Under the pieces are notes generated by a model, which saw only the letters and a program-made list of their open reading frames with translations, made no database searches and was not told where the DNA came from. The translations under genes and the position numbers were made by a program. A stretch of 64,000 nucleotides of DNA, taken from Marsupella aquatica. Lineage: Eukaryota; Plantae; Marchantiophyta. Positions 29,794-42,795 of the stretch are shown in pieces. The stretch covers positions 22,727,844-22,791,843 of the forward strand of contig OZ316893.1 of NCBI GenBank assembly GCA_973895155.1, read 5' to 3'. Position 1 is the first letter of the stretch, and each line of letters starts with the position of its first letter.

Positions 29794-30287
29794 CCCGATT
29801 TAACCTTACGGGCAAGTTGAAGCCTTGCCGGGCAGTCAAATAACGGCCTGATTAGGCAATTTGACAGATATTTGAATCGATTCCACGGTCATTTCCGAGT
29901 TCTCCCCCGGATTCCCCGGGACTCCCCCCGTCTAGCAAGCCGGTCCCCGATTTGGGGTCGGGGCCAGGTCGGGGTTGGGGTCGACGACAAGGCCGGCTGC
30001 AAAAAGGTTGAGGCAGGGTCGGGGCCCAGGGGGGTCGGGGCCGGGCCGGGGTTGGGGTCGGGGGCGGGGATCCGTAGGCTGGGGTCGAGGGAGGCGGGGG
30101 TCTGGGTCTGGGTAGGCCGGGGCCGGGTGAGGGTGAGGGTGAGGGCCAGGGTGATGCCCGGGTCGGAGGACCAAGGGATAGGTGGGCCGGGGTCAGGATA
30201 GAGGAGACCAGGCTAGGCGTCCGGGATGACGGGATGACGATTTGACAGGGTCTAGACCCCCAATATGCCGGGCAAGGCCAAACCCAG
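29794..30287. mobile_element. Possible MITE with 8-bp TSD and G-rich core
   Basis: TGGACAAC at 29786-29793 and 30288-30295. Ends are weakly inverted (CCTTGCCGGGCA / TGCCGGGCAAGG). The interior has many GGGGTCGGGG-type runs. Confidence 0.4.
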
Positions 30288-31260
30288 TGGACAACTTGTG
30301 ATGTCTGATGCTGCTAAACCTTGAGTATGAATTGGGCAGGGTTTAGGGTTTAAACCTTGAGTAAGCCTTGGGCAGGGTTTCCTCCCTCTCTCCCCTCTTC
30401 TCTCCTCCAAATATTTGAAAGAAACTCATCCTGTCTCTGACTAGGTCAAGGTGGACACACCCCCCAACAAATGAAGTGATTAGAGGGGGGTATGAATATC
30501 CTATGGTACATTAAGGACAAGAGGTCAGTTTGTGGTCAGTTTGAGGTCAGTTAATGCTGTGCCCACTAACAGCAGACCCCCCCCCCCTCTCCCCGGGCCC
30601 AAAGCAAGTTTGATGATCAGAATTGTACAGTGGGAGGTGCTTTCTAAATGGGAAGACGCCGGTTGTGAGGTATAAGCCCACCAGATGCAATTTCCTTTTC
30701 ACATGTTCAAATCCCACCCAACTAGAAGCCTTTGGTTTCAACCTTAGAAAATTCAATCAACACTCAGGCAGCGGCGTGAGTCAGGCAGGGGAGCATGAAG
30801 CTCATTATAAGCCTGTTTTTCTTTACTTTTTTTTCTTTTGATCCTTGATTTTGGCTTTCATCCTGAATCCATTGTACCTAGTTCATCACCTCAAATATAT
30901 GTAAAATGGGTATGATACATCCCATGCCAGCCAGTTCTTCATCTCAGACTTGTTTAAGAAGCCCACCTTCCCCTGTCTCTAGGAGAAGGTGGGCAGACAT
31001 GAAGGCACTCTCTGGCCGTTGACAAACACAATCAAGTAATTGTTATTTTGAAACTTGATACTCTATTCCTACGGACCACACTCTTTGAAAGAAAAGGTAT
31101 TATCTGACTAAAAAAGCAGTCAATGCAGGTTTTGGCAAAGCATCTTGTCGAAGTTGTTGTCTAGTCTATAGAAGCTTACTTAGGTTTCATTATTTAAACT
31201 CCATTTCATAAAATGAGAAAATGACCAACCAGAAGTAGAAAAGGTGAAGTTGAGACGTTG

Positions 31261-31314
31261 GGTAGCAAAGGGATCATGGGACTCTTCCTTTGATATCATG
31301 ATCCCTTTGCTACC
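31261..31314. other. Perfect 18-bp stem hairpin with 18-nt loop
   Basis: GGTAGCAAAGGGATCATG ... CATGATCCCTTTGCTACC. Confidence 0.8.
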
Positions 31315-32695
31315 ATCAGTGGCTTCATTTAGGAGTTACTAAGTAGCTGGAAAGACGTCCAACTAAGATGAATCTTAAGGGTTCAGGTTCAGAAACTCCA
31401 TCCCATGGACTTTTTAAACAATTCTTTACCCCTATAATGCGTTGTTTTCCTCCAGTATAGCGTACTCTCTGAGTAAAACAGAACAGTTTTGGACCCGTCC
31501 AATTGGATCATATATCAAACGTAGTTATGCATTAATTTGCTCTTCATTTGATTGGAGAAAAGTATAATGTACTACTGTAGCTAATCGCTTATCCACTTTG
31601 ATGAGTGAGATCTCAACATACAGTAGGAAGGAAATGATGAGTTATTCACATCCCCAACATTCTTTGCTTGCTATTGACTGAAGTATGTGCTCTGCTTGAT
31701 TTTAGAATCGCACTATATTAGGCCTAGCCACCTCACACACACGACATATACAATGCAAACCATCAAGAATATGGTAGTAATATGTACAAAAATCAAATAG
31801 AACTAGTAGGAGAATTCTTGAGATGATTGTTTGTTTTCACAAGGATGCTGCGTAACATTTACATCTGTATGGCAGATTCATGCACATGTCTGAAGACAGC
31901 AAATTACATGTTGTCATTCAAATATCTTGTGTAGATTTTCATGACTTTTTTTCTTAATCCCCTTCTTCCCTGCAAACACCTATTACTTAATATGAAATCT
32001 AACTCACAGCCTTGATTTCAAGAATGGTTTATGGTATTAATGAACAATTAATAATTGCAAACAAATTTATTTCTGTCACTTAATTGAATAAATACTTGGC
32101 CAAGTTTTAATCCTAGTTAATCCAGCCAATCCCAAATCCTGGAATCAAACCTATCCTATTCAACTCCTCAGTCTCTTTCTATTTTGAATTCTTTTGCTTC
32201 AAAGGAAATTCCATTTTTATTGTTCATAAGGGAAAACTGCCATTGAGCAAGATGCAGAATTGAATGGAAATTTCAATTGGAAGAATAAAGGCCCAAGAGG
32301 GTAAGGGGCTAACTCACAAGAGGGACCAGGCTGAGATTCCTATCTCTTCAAAACTGGTTGGTAAGGTCGGTGGCTGCATGCTCAAGTGTTGATACTCCGG
32401 AGCACAAAAGATTGGTTGGTTTCTCACACTACACCAAACACAATATCCAATGAGGAAACAGAAGTGAGAAAATAATAGAAAACCAATTTTAGGAATTACA
32501 TAAAAGTAATATATATATATATATCAAGGATTTCTTGCAAACAAAGGCAAGGGGAGAAACCCCTCCACTTTATAACCAAAAAAGTAGTTGCTTTTCAATT
32601 TAAGATAAAATCTTCATGCTATACAATGTCAACGTTTGGGATCTGGTCCAAACTCCAAAGTGCTCTATCGTACATGTGCAGCCCAAAGAAAAAAT

Positions 32696-32727
<32 letters not shown>

Positions 32728-34861
32728 AATAAAAAAAATATATACACACTTCCAGAAGAAGTAAAGAGAGCAGTTCTCTTTACTTCTTCTGGTTTCCTCC
32801 TTCTGGTTTTAGGGGTCCACATTTTCCCATTTTCTCTCGTCTTTTGAGTTTGTCCTCTTAGAACGTCTGTTTGCTTTCACTCCATTAGTCCATTGTACTT
32901 TGTTTGGCCCTTTCTGATAGATTGGTCATTATTCTTCCAGCACTGTGTGGAAATATTCAACGAGAGCATCGAAGTAATCATGAGTAGGAGACAGAGGTGT
33001 GGGACGTGTCATGTGGGCCATGTCAATGAGAAGAAGTTGTGTTGTGGACGCAAAGCTTCAACGACTATGAAAGGCTTCCAAACAAACTACAAGACTATGA
33101 ACGGAAGCTGCATTGGGTTCTATGGTATCAATCTGGCATTTGCTGTCTTGTCTTGGATCTTCGCTCTTGAACAGCTATGTCCACGAATTTTGACCAAGTC
33201 TCACCTTGTCTTCTTTGTCCTTTTGGCATTACTCATTAGGCTGGTGAGTTGTTTGGAACTGGAAAATTTTGGAAGGAATCACGTGAGTAACTTGCTAAGT
33301 CAGTGCCAAATCGTTCTCCGAAATTGATGACCCCTTTTTCCCAGTATAGTTTAAGATTGTTTTTAAGATGCACAGCAGAGGAGGTTGTCTTGACTTGATG
33401 TTTCTAACGTGACCCAGGCAAATAATCTCAAGTTGGTGTGTTATTGCTGCAATACTTCGTGTTTTACATTTACACGATTATTAACCTTAATTATTGGGTT
33501 CTGTTGATGGGAATGTTTTATTAACCAATTAAACCCTTGGTCTAACAGCTGTGAAACAAAGTCATGCATTGAAAAAAGGCGGACACACCCCACTACAGTA
33601 GCTGAAGGGAAAAATACATGGCAGAGAAATTCACTGAGTAACACAAGGCTCAGGCAAGATCCAAAAACAAACTTGATTGGAAAAAATGCAGCCCCCTCCT
33701 TTCCCAGGACCGTTGGATCTTCCTAAAACCCTATGCATATCTCTCCACCCTTGGTACTAGATGTAGCCTGAAACTAAACATAACTATATCTAACAAACGT
33801 TAAGTTGCTTTTACACTTCACATCTTGTAGCCACCCTCTAAATAGTAGAAACCTCAGGAATAAAGTACACGTACAGCTTGGCTTGATATTTTCATGTGCT
33901 GGGATGTATTCAACTGCTAATAAAAGCACCCAACAAAATTAAATCCCAGCCGGGTTCAAGTGTCGGTAAGGCCAAAAACAAGCACTCACGATAAAATCCA
34001 AATCATTCAGGACAATCATGATCAATTTCACTGTGCATAGTAATGTGGTTGAGAACATTAGCACAGCTACACCTAAGCCAAGACATTTGCAACATTGAGC
34101 ATGGTCGCTGCAATATAGCCTTGTCTTTTTAGTGTGCAGGTTATATATGTTCAGGACACAGCCTTGTCACAATAATGTATGCCAGCCTGACCACCTGTTT
34201 TTTAACACAAGTAGAGGTGAGGCATATACTGCGCCAATTTTCTCCACAGCCCACCCTCAACTCTGGCTGTGCCCCAAAAGTCAAGATAGACGTAAATCCT
34301 AGCTTTGCATGACACTTTATTAGTTCATCATAGCACATGCTCATTTGATTTATCCATTTTATATTGCCTTAGTTGGCCCTTCACAGGATTAGTGATCATT
34401 ATATAAGGCACTAGCGTAACTTCTGGCCACTTGTATGAACAGAACTCTGCACTGCTCACAGCCATAGGACGGATTAGACTATCTTAAGTTGTGCAGAGAT
34501 TCCACTCAATTCTTAGATTCACCAGCACAGATTGCTCAGCCAGTGACCAGAGAAGAAATGAAAGTTTCAGGAACCATTTTACATTGGGCAAAAGCCCCTC
34601 TAGTTGTTTTATGTAAGAATTAAGAACCCATTATAATGAAGCAGGATGGGTGATTATTTGGGGAGGCGTATCTAACACGAGAAGAGTGGATTGAGAGGAG
34701 GATGTAGGGTCTGGATCACGTTAGGGTGAGCACCGCCATTAAAGGTGATACATAGGGGAGAAACGAAAAGAAGAATACTCATCTTTTAAGCATTTTTTAA
34801 ATAGATCATACCCAAGATGAAAAAAAGTTTTTGGGCATATTATAGAACACATTTTAAAAAC

Positions 34862-35108
34862 GGATGGAAAAATCGCTTCTGTCAATATTGAGCCCAAATG
34901 ATTTAGGCAGTAATGAGCTCAGTCCCCTGACCACGAAGAGGGATGGAAATTTTCTTCTGTCATTATCGAGCCCAAATGATTTCTGCAGTGGTGAGCTCTA
35001 CAATCCACTGACCACGAAGAGGTATAGTGAAGCACTTCTGTCAACGTTGAGTCCAAATGAATCCCGCATTAGTGAGCTCTACAATCCCCTGACCACGAAG
35101 AGGGATGA
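34862..35108. repeat. Tandem repeat, 3 x about 80 bp
   Basis: CTTCTGTCA..GAGYCCAAATGA..TGAGCTC..CTGACCACGAAGAGG occurs three times. Confidence 0.85.
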
Positions 35109-35787
35109 TTAGATTTCTCGATACAACCTTCTGTGTTAAAAGCATTCACTGGTCACTTAGAGCGATCACTGCACTTGGCAGCTCCAGCAGAGCTTTAAGG
35201 AATGCGCTGATTACTCAGAGGAAGCGCACTGCTGTAATCGAGGATTGAAGCTGGAAACGTATGACCCGGAACACGCAGCTTGGCAAAGAAGCTGTATGGA
35301 GCCTTGAATTGGAAGCATTGATACAAGTGAGGACATGGTTTAGAAAACGTATCAACCCGAACAAGCAGCTTTCCAATCAAAGAAGCTGTACAAAGACTAA
35401 ATTAGGAAGCCACCACCCAGTGGACATGAAACGAACGCAACCATACATACAACACAGTAATCTCAAAAGCTGGTCCCGGGCATCACAATAAGGGTATGAT
35501 TGCGAGCTGAGCTCGAGTGAGCAATTCGTTTCATGTTTTTGTTTAATACTCGTATATACAGAATGGGGATTTGGGATCCACAGGATTTCTTATCTGACAG
35601 CTGAACCTGCTCTATGGATCCCAGTGAGTAAGTCTGGTACAGTAATGTATGATTGAGACAAAGCTACCCGTGATTATGGTACAACCTCTCCAGGATGGTG
35701 ATTGAACAAAAATTCGTTAATCGTTTGACAACATTCACTCAGCATCCAATTCCTCGGCACGAGTGCCAATTGAAGAAAGAAGCTTGA

Positions 35788-36576
35788 TCAATTGTCAAAA
35801 TAGCAAGTAAGAAAGGGTCTGGCATTTGTATCTCCGGGTCTCACATTGAGCTTACAATCCAACCCAATGTCGAACTTTTTTACCTTCATTCCAAGAACCT
35901 TGAACTGCCCTTGCACCCTGCCTGTCAAATCCAACTGCACGGTATGAGTGTCCACCTCGCTCTGTAAGGCCTTTGCGTTCTCTGCTCCAATGGTGGTCGT
36001 TGTGCTGGGCATGTCTGCAGTGATTGGAGTCATCATTCTCCACTGCTGCTCAAATTGTGGACCCGGAGCTCCAATACTGAAGTTTCCCAAGGACTCAGTC
36101 TTGTAGAACAGGCTGAGGTTCATCTCTTTGTAAATAGCTTTCGCATGGGGATTCCGGTTGGTCACGTTGAGCCCACAGCTGAGACCGGCATGAACCTGCT
36201 CCAAATTACCAGTGTGATTGTACACGAATTGCGCGATTTTGACGTCCCCAATCACGATCGCTGGGTCCTTGGGAATGAGCTTAACGATCACAATCACCGC
36301 CGCCAGAAGAATGATGAACGTGAAGTAAAAGAGGGTACAGCAGCACAGCGAACACGTTTTCCTCCGCCTTGCTTTCTTGACTGACTTGCCTTCTGCCAGT
36401 ATCGCCTTCTCCTCATTCTTCTTCTGTGCCTCCAAGTCTTCTCCGTAGAACTCTTCATAATAGTTGTATCTGGGAGCCACGTTGTCGTAATACTCGCTCG
36501 GTCTGTACACCAGGGTGGATTTGTAGACCGGGTCGAGGAGAAGCTTCTTCTGAGGCTGGTCCTCCTGCGTATCCAT
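35788..36576 (-). CDS. NDR1/HIN1-like (LEA_2 domain) single-pass membrane protein, about 262 aa
   Basis: Long uninterrupted ORF; first ATG at 36576 (the frame is open to 36774). Basic stretch plus CCC, a transmembrane helix, PKDP, VTNRNP...IY, and a terminal C-x-L-x-V...C pattern typical of the family. An upstream exon cannot be excluded. Confidence 0.85.
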   Translation of the reverse strand: MDTQEDQPQKKLLLDPVYKSTLVYRPSEYYDNVAPRYNYYEEFYGEDLEAQKKNEEKAILAEGKSVKKARRRKTCSLCCCTLFYFTFIILLAAVIVIVKLIPKDPAIVIGDVKIAQFVYNHTGNLEQVHAGLSCGLNVTNRNPHAKAIYKEMNLSLFYKTESLGNFSIGAPGPQFEQQWRMMTPITADMPSTTTTIGAENAKALQSEVDTHTVQLDLTGRVQGQFKVLGMKVKKFDIGLDCKLNVRPGDTNARPFLTCYFDN

Positions 36577-39500
36577 GGCTGCTGGCTTTTGGGGCGACGG
36601 GGAAGTTGAATTTACTCCTTGTGGTGGTGGCAGTGGAGGAGCATTCGGTTGCACGCTCTCCGCTGGGAGAGCTGCAGCTTCCCCTGCTGGGAACGCTGTC
36701 TCTGCTCGGGGCGCCGTGATTGCTACCTTTCTTGCCCTATGTGCTAGTAAATGCCGAGAGTGGACAAAATCCACGACAACGATTTTCTGCTCTCAGTCAA
36801 ATTCACCGTGTCGGAAATGGAGTGGCCAAGCGGAAGAGATTCACTGAATCGAGCTTCAGTCCACTCTATCGAGCTCACTCTGTCAATTCACACTTTCTAC
36901 CAGTATCCAGTTATCGAATTCGGCTCGTTGCAATGAGCTACCGATGACCTGCCTTCCCGATTGACCTTCTTGTTAGAAACGCCGCGCTGGCTAGTAGCTG
37001 ATGTTACCCAATTCCACCTTCCGTCGAACGAGCACAATCACAAATAAAATATACAATTCCAATCTCGACAGGTCCGCCTATCTTCGAGAAGAATCGATTC
37101 ACGGGTGGTGATGAGCAATCCTGCCACATTAAGTCCCTATTCCGCTCGCTTTGCCTGAGAAGAATCGTCGACTAATTCAACCCTGTAACGACGAAGCACA
37201 CGCTCAAACTCAATTCCCGAAGAGATTCTCTCCTCAGCTCGCCTAGCTCAGCTCTGCTCTGCTTCTCTGCTTTGCTCCAGTAAATCACGAACACAGTCAA
37301 TCAATCGAGGTCCAAATCCCGAAAATTGGAGCGCATTTCAATTCTCCCGTTCTCCGCTTCGCCCCAATCTCTGTCAATCAACAAGCCGCGTCGCATTCAA
37401 TTCCCACTTCAACGACCGAAACACCCAAATCCGAACACTCGGCTCGGAACTCCAAAATGCTTGTTGGAGCGAAATCCGCCTCTAGAATGTCTCTCGAGAC
37501 AACGAAAGGAAAACGGCTGACAACTATCAGGAGCGGAGAGGATCTTGAATACTTTGTCAACCTCGATGAGATTTGACGGGTTCCAATCCCAATCACGAGG
37601 GAGAGGGAGCTGCGGCACTTCTTATAGGACTATGCTTCCCTGTAGTGGAAGCTACTCCAGACTCCATTCCTCGTGCTCGGTCGGCTTTGCATGGCGAGCT
37701 CGTTGCCTTTTGGCGATGGCGGAGGTCCCACGCAACGGGACCCAAACGCGTCGTTTATGCCTACGTAGCCTCGTCGGTCCCAACCCCGGAACTGCGGTCA
37801 GGGTTTATCCACTGTGGGCCACCAACGGGTTTGACATCGACGACAGTGGAGCTGCTTTTCCCTGAGATGGGTTTCCAATGGACGGTGCGATCTGGGCCAC
37901 GCTAACTGGAGCTGGTCAAAGACCTTGGCAGAAAGAATCAATCTGGATTCGGCTCAAACGCGTTGGCCGTCCACCCCTCCTGGCCATTGTTTTTCTTCTA
38001 ATTTTGGGATAGTACAGTAGTTGGAGTAGTGTGACCTGTTCTTTTTCTTTTTAGCGGCAAGGTTAGTATTTCCCTCGGAAATGTCTTTTACAAAACAAAT
38101 TCTTAAAATAATTATGGCATATCTAAGTGAGTCCTAAGATCTGGCTACTAACCCATTTAGTTAGACAAGGATTTGGTGCCTCTAAGTCTAAAATCAATTT
38201 GACCGCATGTGGTCAGACGTTTTACTCCTGTTTTTACTGGATTTTACTTTTCATACAAGTAAAGTGCTCCCTTCCAAAAAGAAAAACAACTTGGAGAAGG
38301 CTCCAATGCTTGTGTTGGGCAAGGTCCTTGAGGTATTCTACAATGTGAGCACACATGAATTTTGTTAGCGAGGGGAATGTTGTTAGCAAGACATTTGTGA
38401 TTTTAAATTTAATTTGCATTTTTCTGCCTTTTATATTTTTTGTGTGTTTTTTTTTACTCCAGATGGCTAGCAAGATTGCTAGCAAAAAGAGGAGTACCCA
38501 AAATGGATGTTATCAACCAGGTTATTGTTAGCAAGGCAATTGCATATAGGAAAATTAGGGGTCATGTGAGGAAGCTGCTACGGTTTAGGGTTTATGAAAT
38601 TATGAAGCTGCTATATGGTGAATCCATCTTTCAAATTTTGTCTCATTCATATTTGTGTCAAGTATTTTGATTCTAATGTTACCTAACAAAGTGAATCATT
38701 TGTATTAATTTGATTTTAAATTAACTTTTGGACCCCCTTTAATTTTAGTGAACTTAAAGATTTTCAAATGTATTTGGTTCCCCTCATAAATGTTTAATCT
38801 TTATTTTTCAATCATTCTTTAGTGAATTCTCTTTCTTCTCATGAAAATGAGAGAAATGAATTTGAACAATGCGCACATCTGGGGTACAAAGTTCCCCTAG
38901 TGGTTACTTTGCAAAATTTATGCACAACTCTTCAATACCTTTCAATTGTACTTTCTTGGTCATAATGTGATTTTCTTTGCATGTGTACTTATGGGTTGTG
39001 TGTTATGTCACTCACTCTTAATTAAGAGATATTAATTGTTTGGCACATACTTTAGATGTATCTATCTTTTTTATCATAAAATAAATTACATATCACTACA
39101 AGACAACAACAAAAAAAAGACATGTTCCAGGATGAACATGCTATATATGAGAAAAAGTTTTTCTCATGCGAGGAATTTTTTTACTATTTCCTGGTAGGCT
39201 ACAATGACCCGAGGTCCTGCCCCTCCCAGACTTTTTTATAATTTTTTGGTTTCTATTTAGTAGTGACTTTGCTACTTCCCTCAGAACTAGCTTAAACCGC
39301 CACTGTCCACTGTCAAAACCTGGTTATACCAGGTTGCTTAATATAGGAGTTATTTCAGGCCCGGGCATTCCCGATTGTTTCTAACAGGTCGCTTTTTGGC
39401 CCGGTCAGCTCTACACCTGCCCCACAGTGTCTCTACTCGTTTTACGGAGGGCCGCGTGAGTTTGAGAAGCCTTGGTGGGCAAGTCCTCTCGCCCATGATG

Positions 39501-39671
39501 CACCAGTGTCCAGATGCTTTTCCTCCTCCATGCTGCATGTGTAAACCATTGCAGAGTCGATTGCAGCAGAGCAGGGAGGTATTCAGCTTCGCAAGCTCGT
39601 TTCTGAGTTGATAGCAGCAGAGCAGCGAGGTATTCAGCTTCGCAAGCTCGTTTCCTGGACAGACGTGATAC

Positions 39672-41258
39672 CTGCAAAGCTTTATACCAAGCGCTTTACA
39701 CCAAGTGAAGCCCGGGAGATTGATAGGGATGGCGTAAAAGCCTTCGAAAGTGCTCGATAAGCATTGACGAGAATTTGGGCTTCAGCTCACCCACGAATAT
39801 CGGGGATCCCAAATATGAAATAGATAGCCACAGTAAGAGTGAACAGCAGACTCTAGGGTTGTCAGACAGCAACCAGTGCTACTATTGTAAAGCAATTTCG
39901 ACTCCATATTCAGCAGCAACGACATCGATTGATTTCAAATCACCGCGGAAATTCTTTCTAATGGTCACACTACAAATTGAATCATCTTTTTCTCCCTTTA
40001 CTAGTTCTGACATGTAGGACAAAGCCAATAGAAATGTTCGTCGCTTTGTAGCTGTTACGACAAGCATTCAAGGCAGACATTATGTCTTTTGATGGTCAGT
40101 CCCATTCCAGCTTTCACTTGCCAACAAAAGCAATGCAGAGATCTCAAGTGTGGAAAATTCAGGATTGCACTCACCTCCTTCCTCTCTACTGCTCTCTGAA
40201 CTATTCTTCCATTCCAAGACTTCAGAGTGTCTAGCACAACGCCCCACTTCACGCTTTAGAGTTTGTGGAAGAACAGCACTGTGTACTATTCTCTTCAGAA
40301 AGGGGTGCCGCGCAGGGTCGCAATTGGAAAGAGATTTTTTGCCGATAAGAGTTGCAATGTTTCGCGGATAGCTTGCTCGGAACAGACTCTTTTCAGGATG
40401 CACAAACTTTGGCATATCCGGAGATGTGACTACAATCGAGGGTTCTCTAGCTATATGGGATCTAAAGACAGCTGCATACCTGCAATCCATTTAATTGCAA
40501 AAACTTCCAGAATTTGTCACACCTTAGCCCAACTGACATTCGAATGACTATGTTAAACTGATGACTTCTAAAGTGAAGGCTCTTACGGCAACAGGCCATT
40601 GGGGGATTGGATCTCCAATCTCTCTCTTTGCTTCTAAATGAGAGTATCGGATTAGGCTCTTACGGCAATAGGCCATTGGGGGATTGGATCTCCAATCTCT
40701 CTTTACTTCTATTTGAGAGTATCGGATTTTCGTGTTAGAGCTGGAAGGCGCACTCTCTTTAGACCCACTATCACAAGGTGGGAGAAAAGGAGTAACACCC
40801 CCTGGCAAAGGGACGGGTATTGTTCGGCAGCCACAACCAAATTTCTGGAGAAATATTTGCCAACCTATTGACTTGAAATAGTGCAAAAAATGAATGAGCT
40901 ACTTCATAATCCCTTCAGTGAATTCATTGGCCTGTCGGAATGAAGAAGTAAAGAGTTAATGTGCAACGATGGTCTTACTTCTTCAGGCGAGGCGTGGCAA
41001 ACTCTATAGGATTGGCATTCGCAAAAGCCAGCGTTTCTCAGATCAGGGGCCACCCATTGGACCCTCTGGGAATTTTAGCCTTTGAGTTCAAGTAAATGCT
41101 TTGCCGCAGTGCCCAATTCAGGACCACCCATAAGAAAAGGAGAAGAGCAGCCCCCAACACGATTGCCACCGCCACAGGAAACGTGCTTACATTAGGCCAA
41201 TGAAGCTCAATGAAATCAGTGCTATTGTGGCCACAGACGCTCACAGTCCTTGCCCATG
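39672..41258 (-). pseudogene. Cytochrome P450 (CYP85 clan, CYP707/90/716-like) 5' fragment, exons 1-3
   Basis: Exon about 41258-40979: membrane anchor plus KIPRGSNGWPLI*ETL with an in-frame stop. Exon 40479-40175: YAAVFRSHIAREPSIVVTSP...LIGKKSL...VLDTLKSW with a frameshift. Exon about 39845-39672: FTLTVAIYFIFG...GFYAIPINLPGFT. No I-helix, ExxR or heme motif follows. Confidence 0.85.
40577..40728. repeat. Tandem duplication of about 76 bp in P450 intron 1
   Basis: AGGCTCTTACGGCAAYAGGCCATTGGGGGATTGGATCTCCAATCTCTCT occurs twice. Confidence 0.85.
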
Positions 41259-41744
41259 CCTATTGCCCATGCCTATTGTGCTCATTCACAGCTCACATAC
41301 TTCTATAATTGGTTCGATCGCTTTTTTGGTTTACGACCAAACTATGTGCTTGTGCTGCTTCTCACTTTTTGGGTTTACGACTCCCATAAGAAGGGCATGC
41401 TTCAAACTACATGAGCTCCTTTTCTCTGTTCCTTGGTTTGAATGAGCTGAAGGCCGAGTAACTAGAAAACTTCTCTGTTCCTTCGATCAACCGTTTTGTA
41501 GTTCGTTGTTCTTCGATCGGCCATTCTGTAGTTTAGCTCGGCATAACATTGCAGTTGGTTTCGTTCTTCCATCGGCCGAGTGGAGTTCAGTTGTTCTTGG
41601 AACATCATAATAGACTTACCCTAGGAGTTATTGACTGGTTTCTCGATCGCCCTGGAGTTATTGACTGGTTTCTCGATCACCCTTGCAATCGGCATGAATA
41701 ATTCCAGGTACATTCAATCATGCAGAGTCTACAATTTGAACTCT

Positions 41745-41995
41745 CTCTTGACCGAATACCTTCAATTAGGCATGAGTGAAACTTGGTACTTACCCTTCAT
41801 TTTCTTGTTGACCGAATACCTTCAATTATGCAAGATTGAAACTTGGTACTTACCCTTCATTTTCTTGTTAATTTACCGAATACCTTCAATTATGCATGAG
41901 TGAAACTTGCTTGGTACTTACCCTTCATTTTCTTGTTGACCGAATACCTTCAATTATGCATGAGTGATACTTGGTACTTACCCTTAATTTTCTTT
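41745..41995. repeat. Tandem repeat, 4 x about 60 bp
   Basis: CCGAATACCTTCAATTATGCATGAGTGAAACTTGGTACTTACCCTTCATTTTCTTGTT occurs four times. Confidence 0.9.
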
Positions 41996-42224
41996 TTGGT
42001 CATATGTGCACTTCTGTGTGGCAAGTTTGCATGCATATACTTAGTTTGCCTACCTTAGCAAAATATGTGAATTTTTTTTCAATTGACTTTCCTTCATGCA
42101 CGCATAATACTTGTTTGTTCTTCCTCAATTTGGTGTAAAATATAACCTCCATCAAACAACAATTGTTGGCTTAGTTTTGTAGGGATGCTAACTCCATTTG
42201 TTCAATATTTCCTATGTTTTGTAG

Positions 42225-42621
42225 GAGCGTTGAGCATCAAAACAGACCGGCGGAGCTGATCTCCTATGGAGATCACATATATCATTTATCATGGCCAATT
42301 CCTCCACCGGGATGTCGAAAATTTTGATTGTTGAGACATGCTGACATAGTTGCTAGGTTCCCAACTTTTTGCACAACGATAGACGACAACCTTCAGGACC
42401 TCAACTTTGCCCAGGTTCTTTCCCCTGCGACAGCTGAAGCTTTTCATATGTGTGCCGCATGGGCATACACTGAAACAGTTCCTCGCCGACAAAGGTATAT
42501 TGTGTATCGCAAGCTAGCATATGTTGCTAGCTTTGCGGATAGAACACCCTTCCCAGCAGTAGTCACAACTGCGGTGCAATCCACGTGGGAACTACCAGGC
42601 GAACAACATGTGGGTTTCTGA
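42225..42621 (+). pseudogene. KolX-like accessory protein (P2X7 C-terminal ballast-like), last exon
   Basis: Follows a TTTTGTAG acceptor. FCTT...F..VL...RQRYIVYRKLAY...RTPFPAVVTTAVQSTWELPGEQHVGF* resembles the remembered pattern RY.AYR...R..LP.CV...IR..FP.P...Y.GF. One in-frame TGA lies upstream. Convergent with the transposase. Confidence 0.6.
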
Positions 42622-42795
42622 TTCTAGGTGTAGTTTGCTATGAAGAACCAAAAACACATTTAAAGGTCTTCAAACTCGGTATTCGTTCCCGTAAAGAACA
42701 AGATTGGGTTGGTTTGATAGTTTTAAACAATAATAAAGAAATTAAGATGTTTTCCACACATAGTAATCAAATTTGATTACTTTACTAAGGTATTT

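Noticed and set aside
29872-30201. Extensin-like or Gly-rich ORFs
   Set aside because: G-run low-complexity sequence with no ATG-led gene structure or signal peptide.
36577-36774. N-terminal extension of the LEA_2 protein from a GTG start
   Set aside because: A non-ATG start is unlikely in a plant nuclear gene; treated as UTR or part of an unresolved exon.
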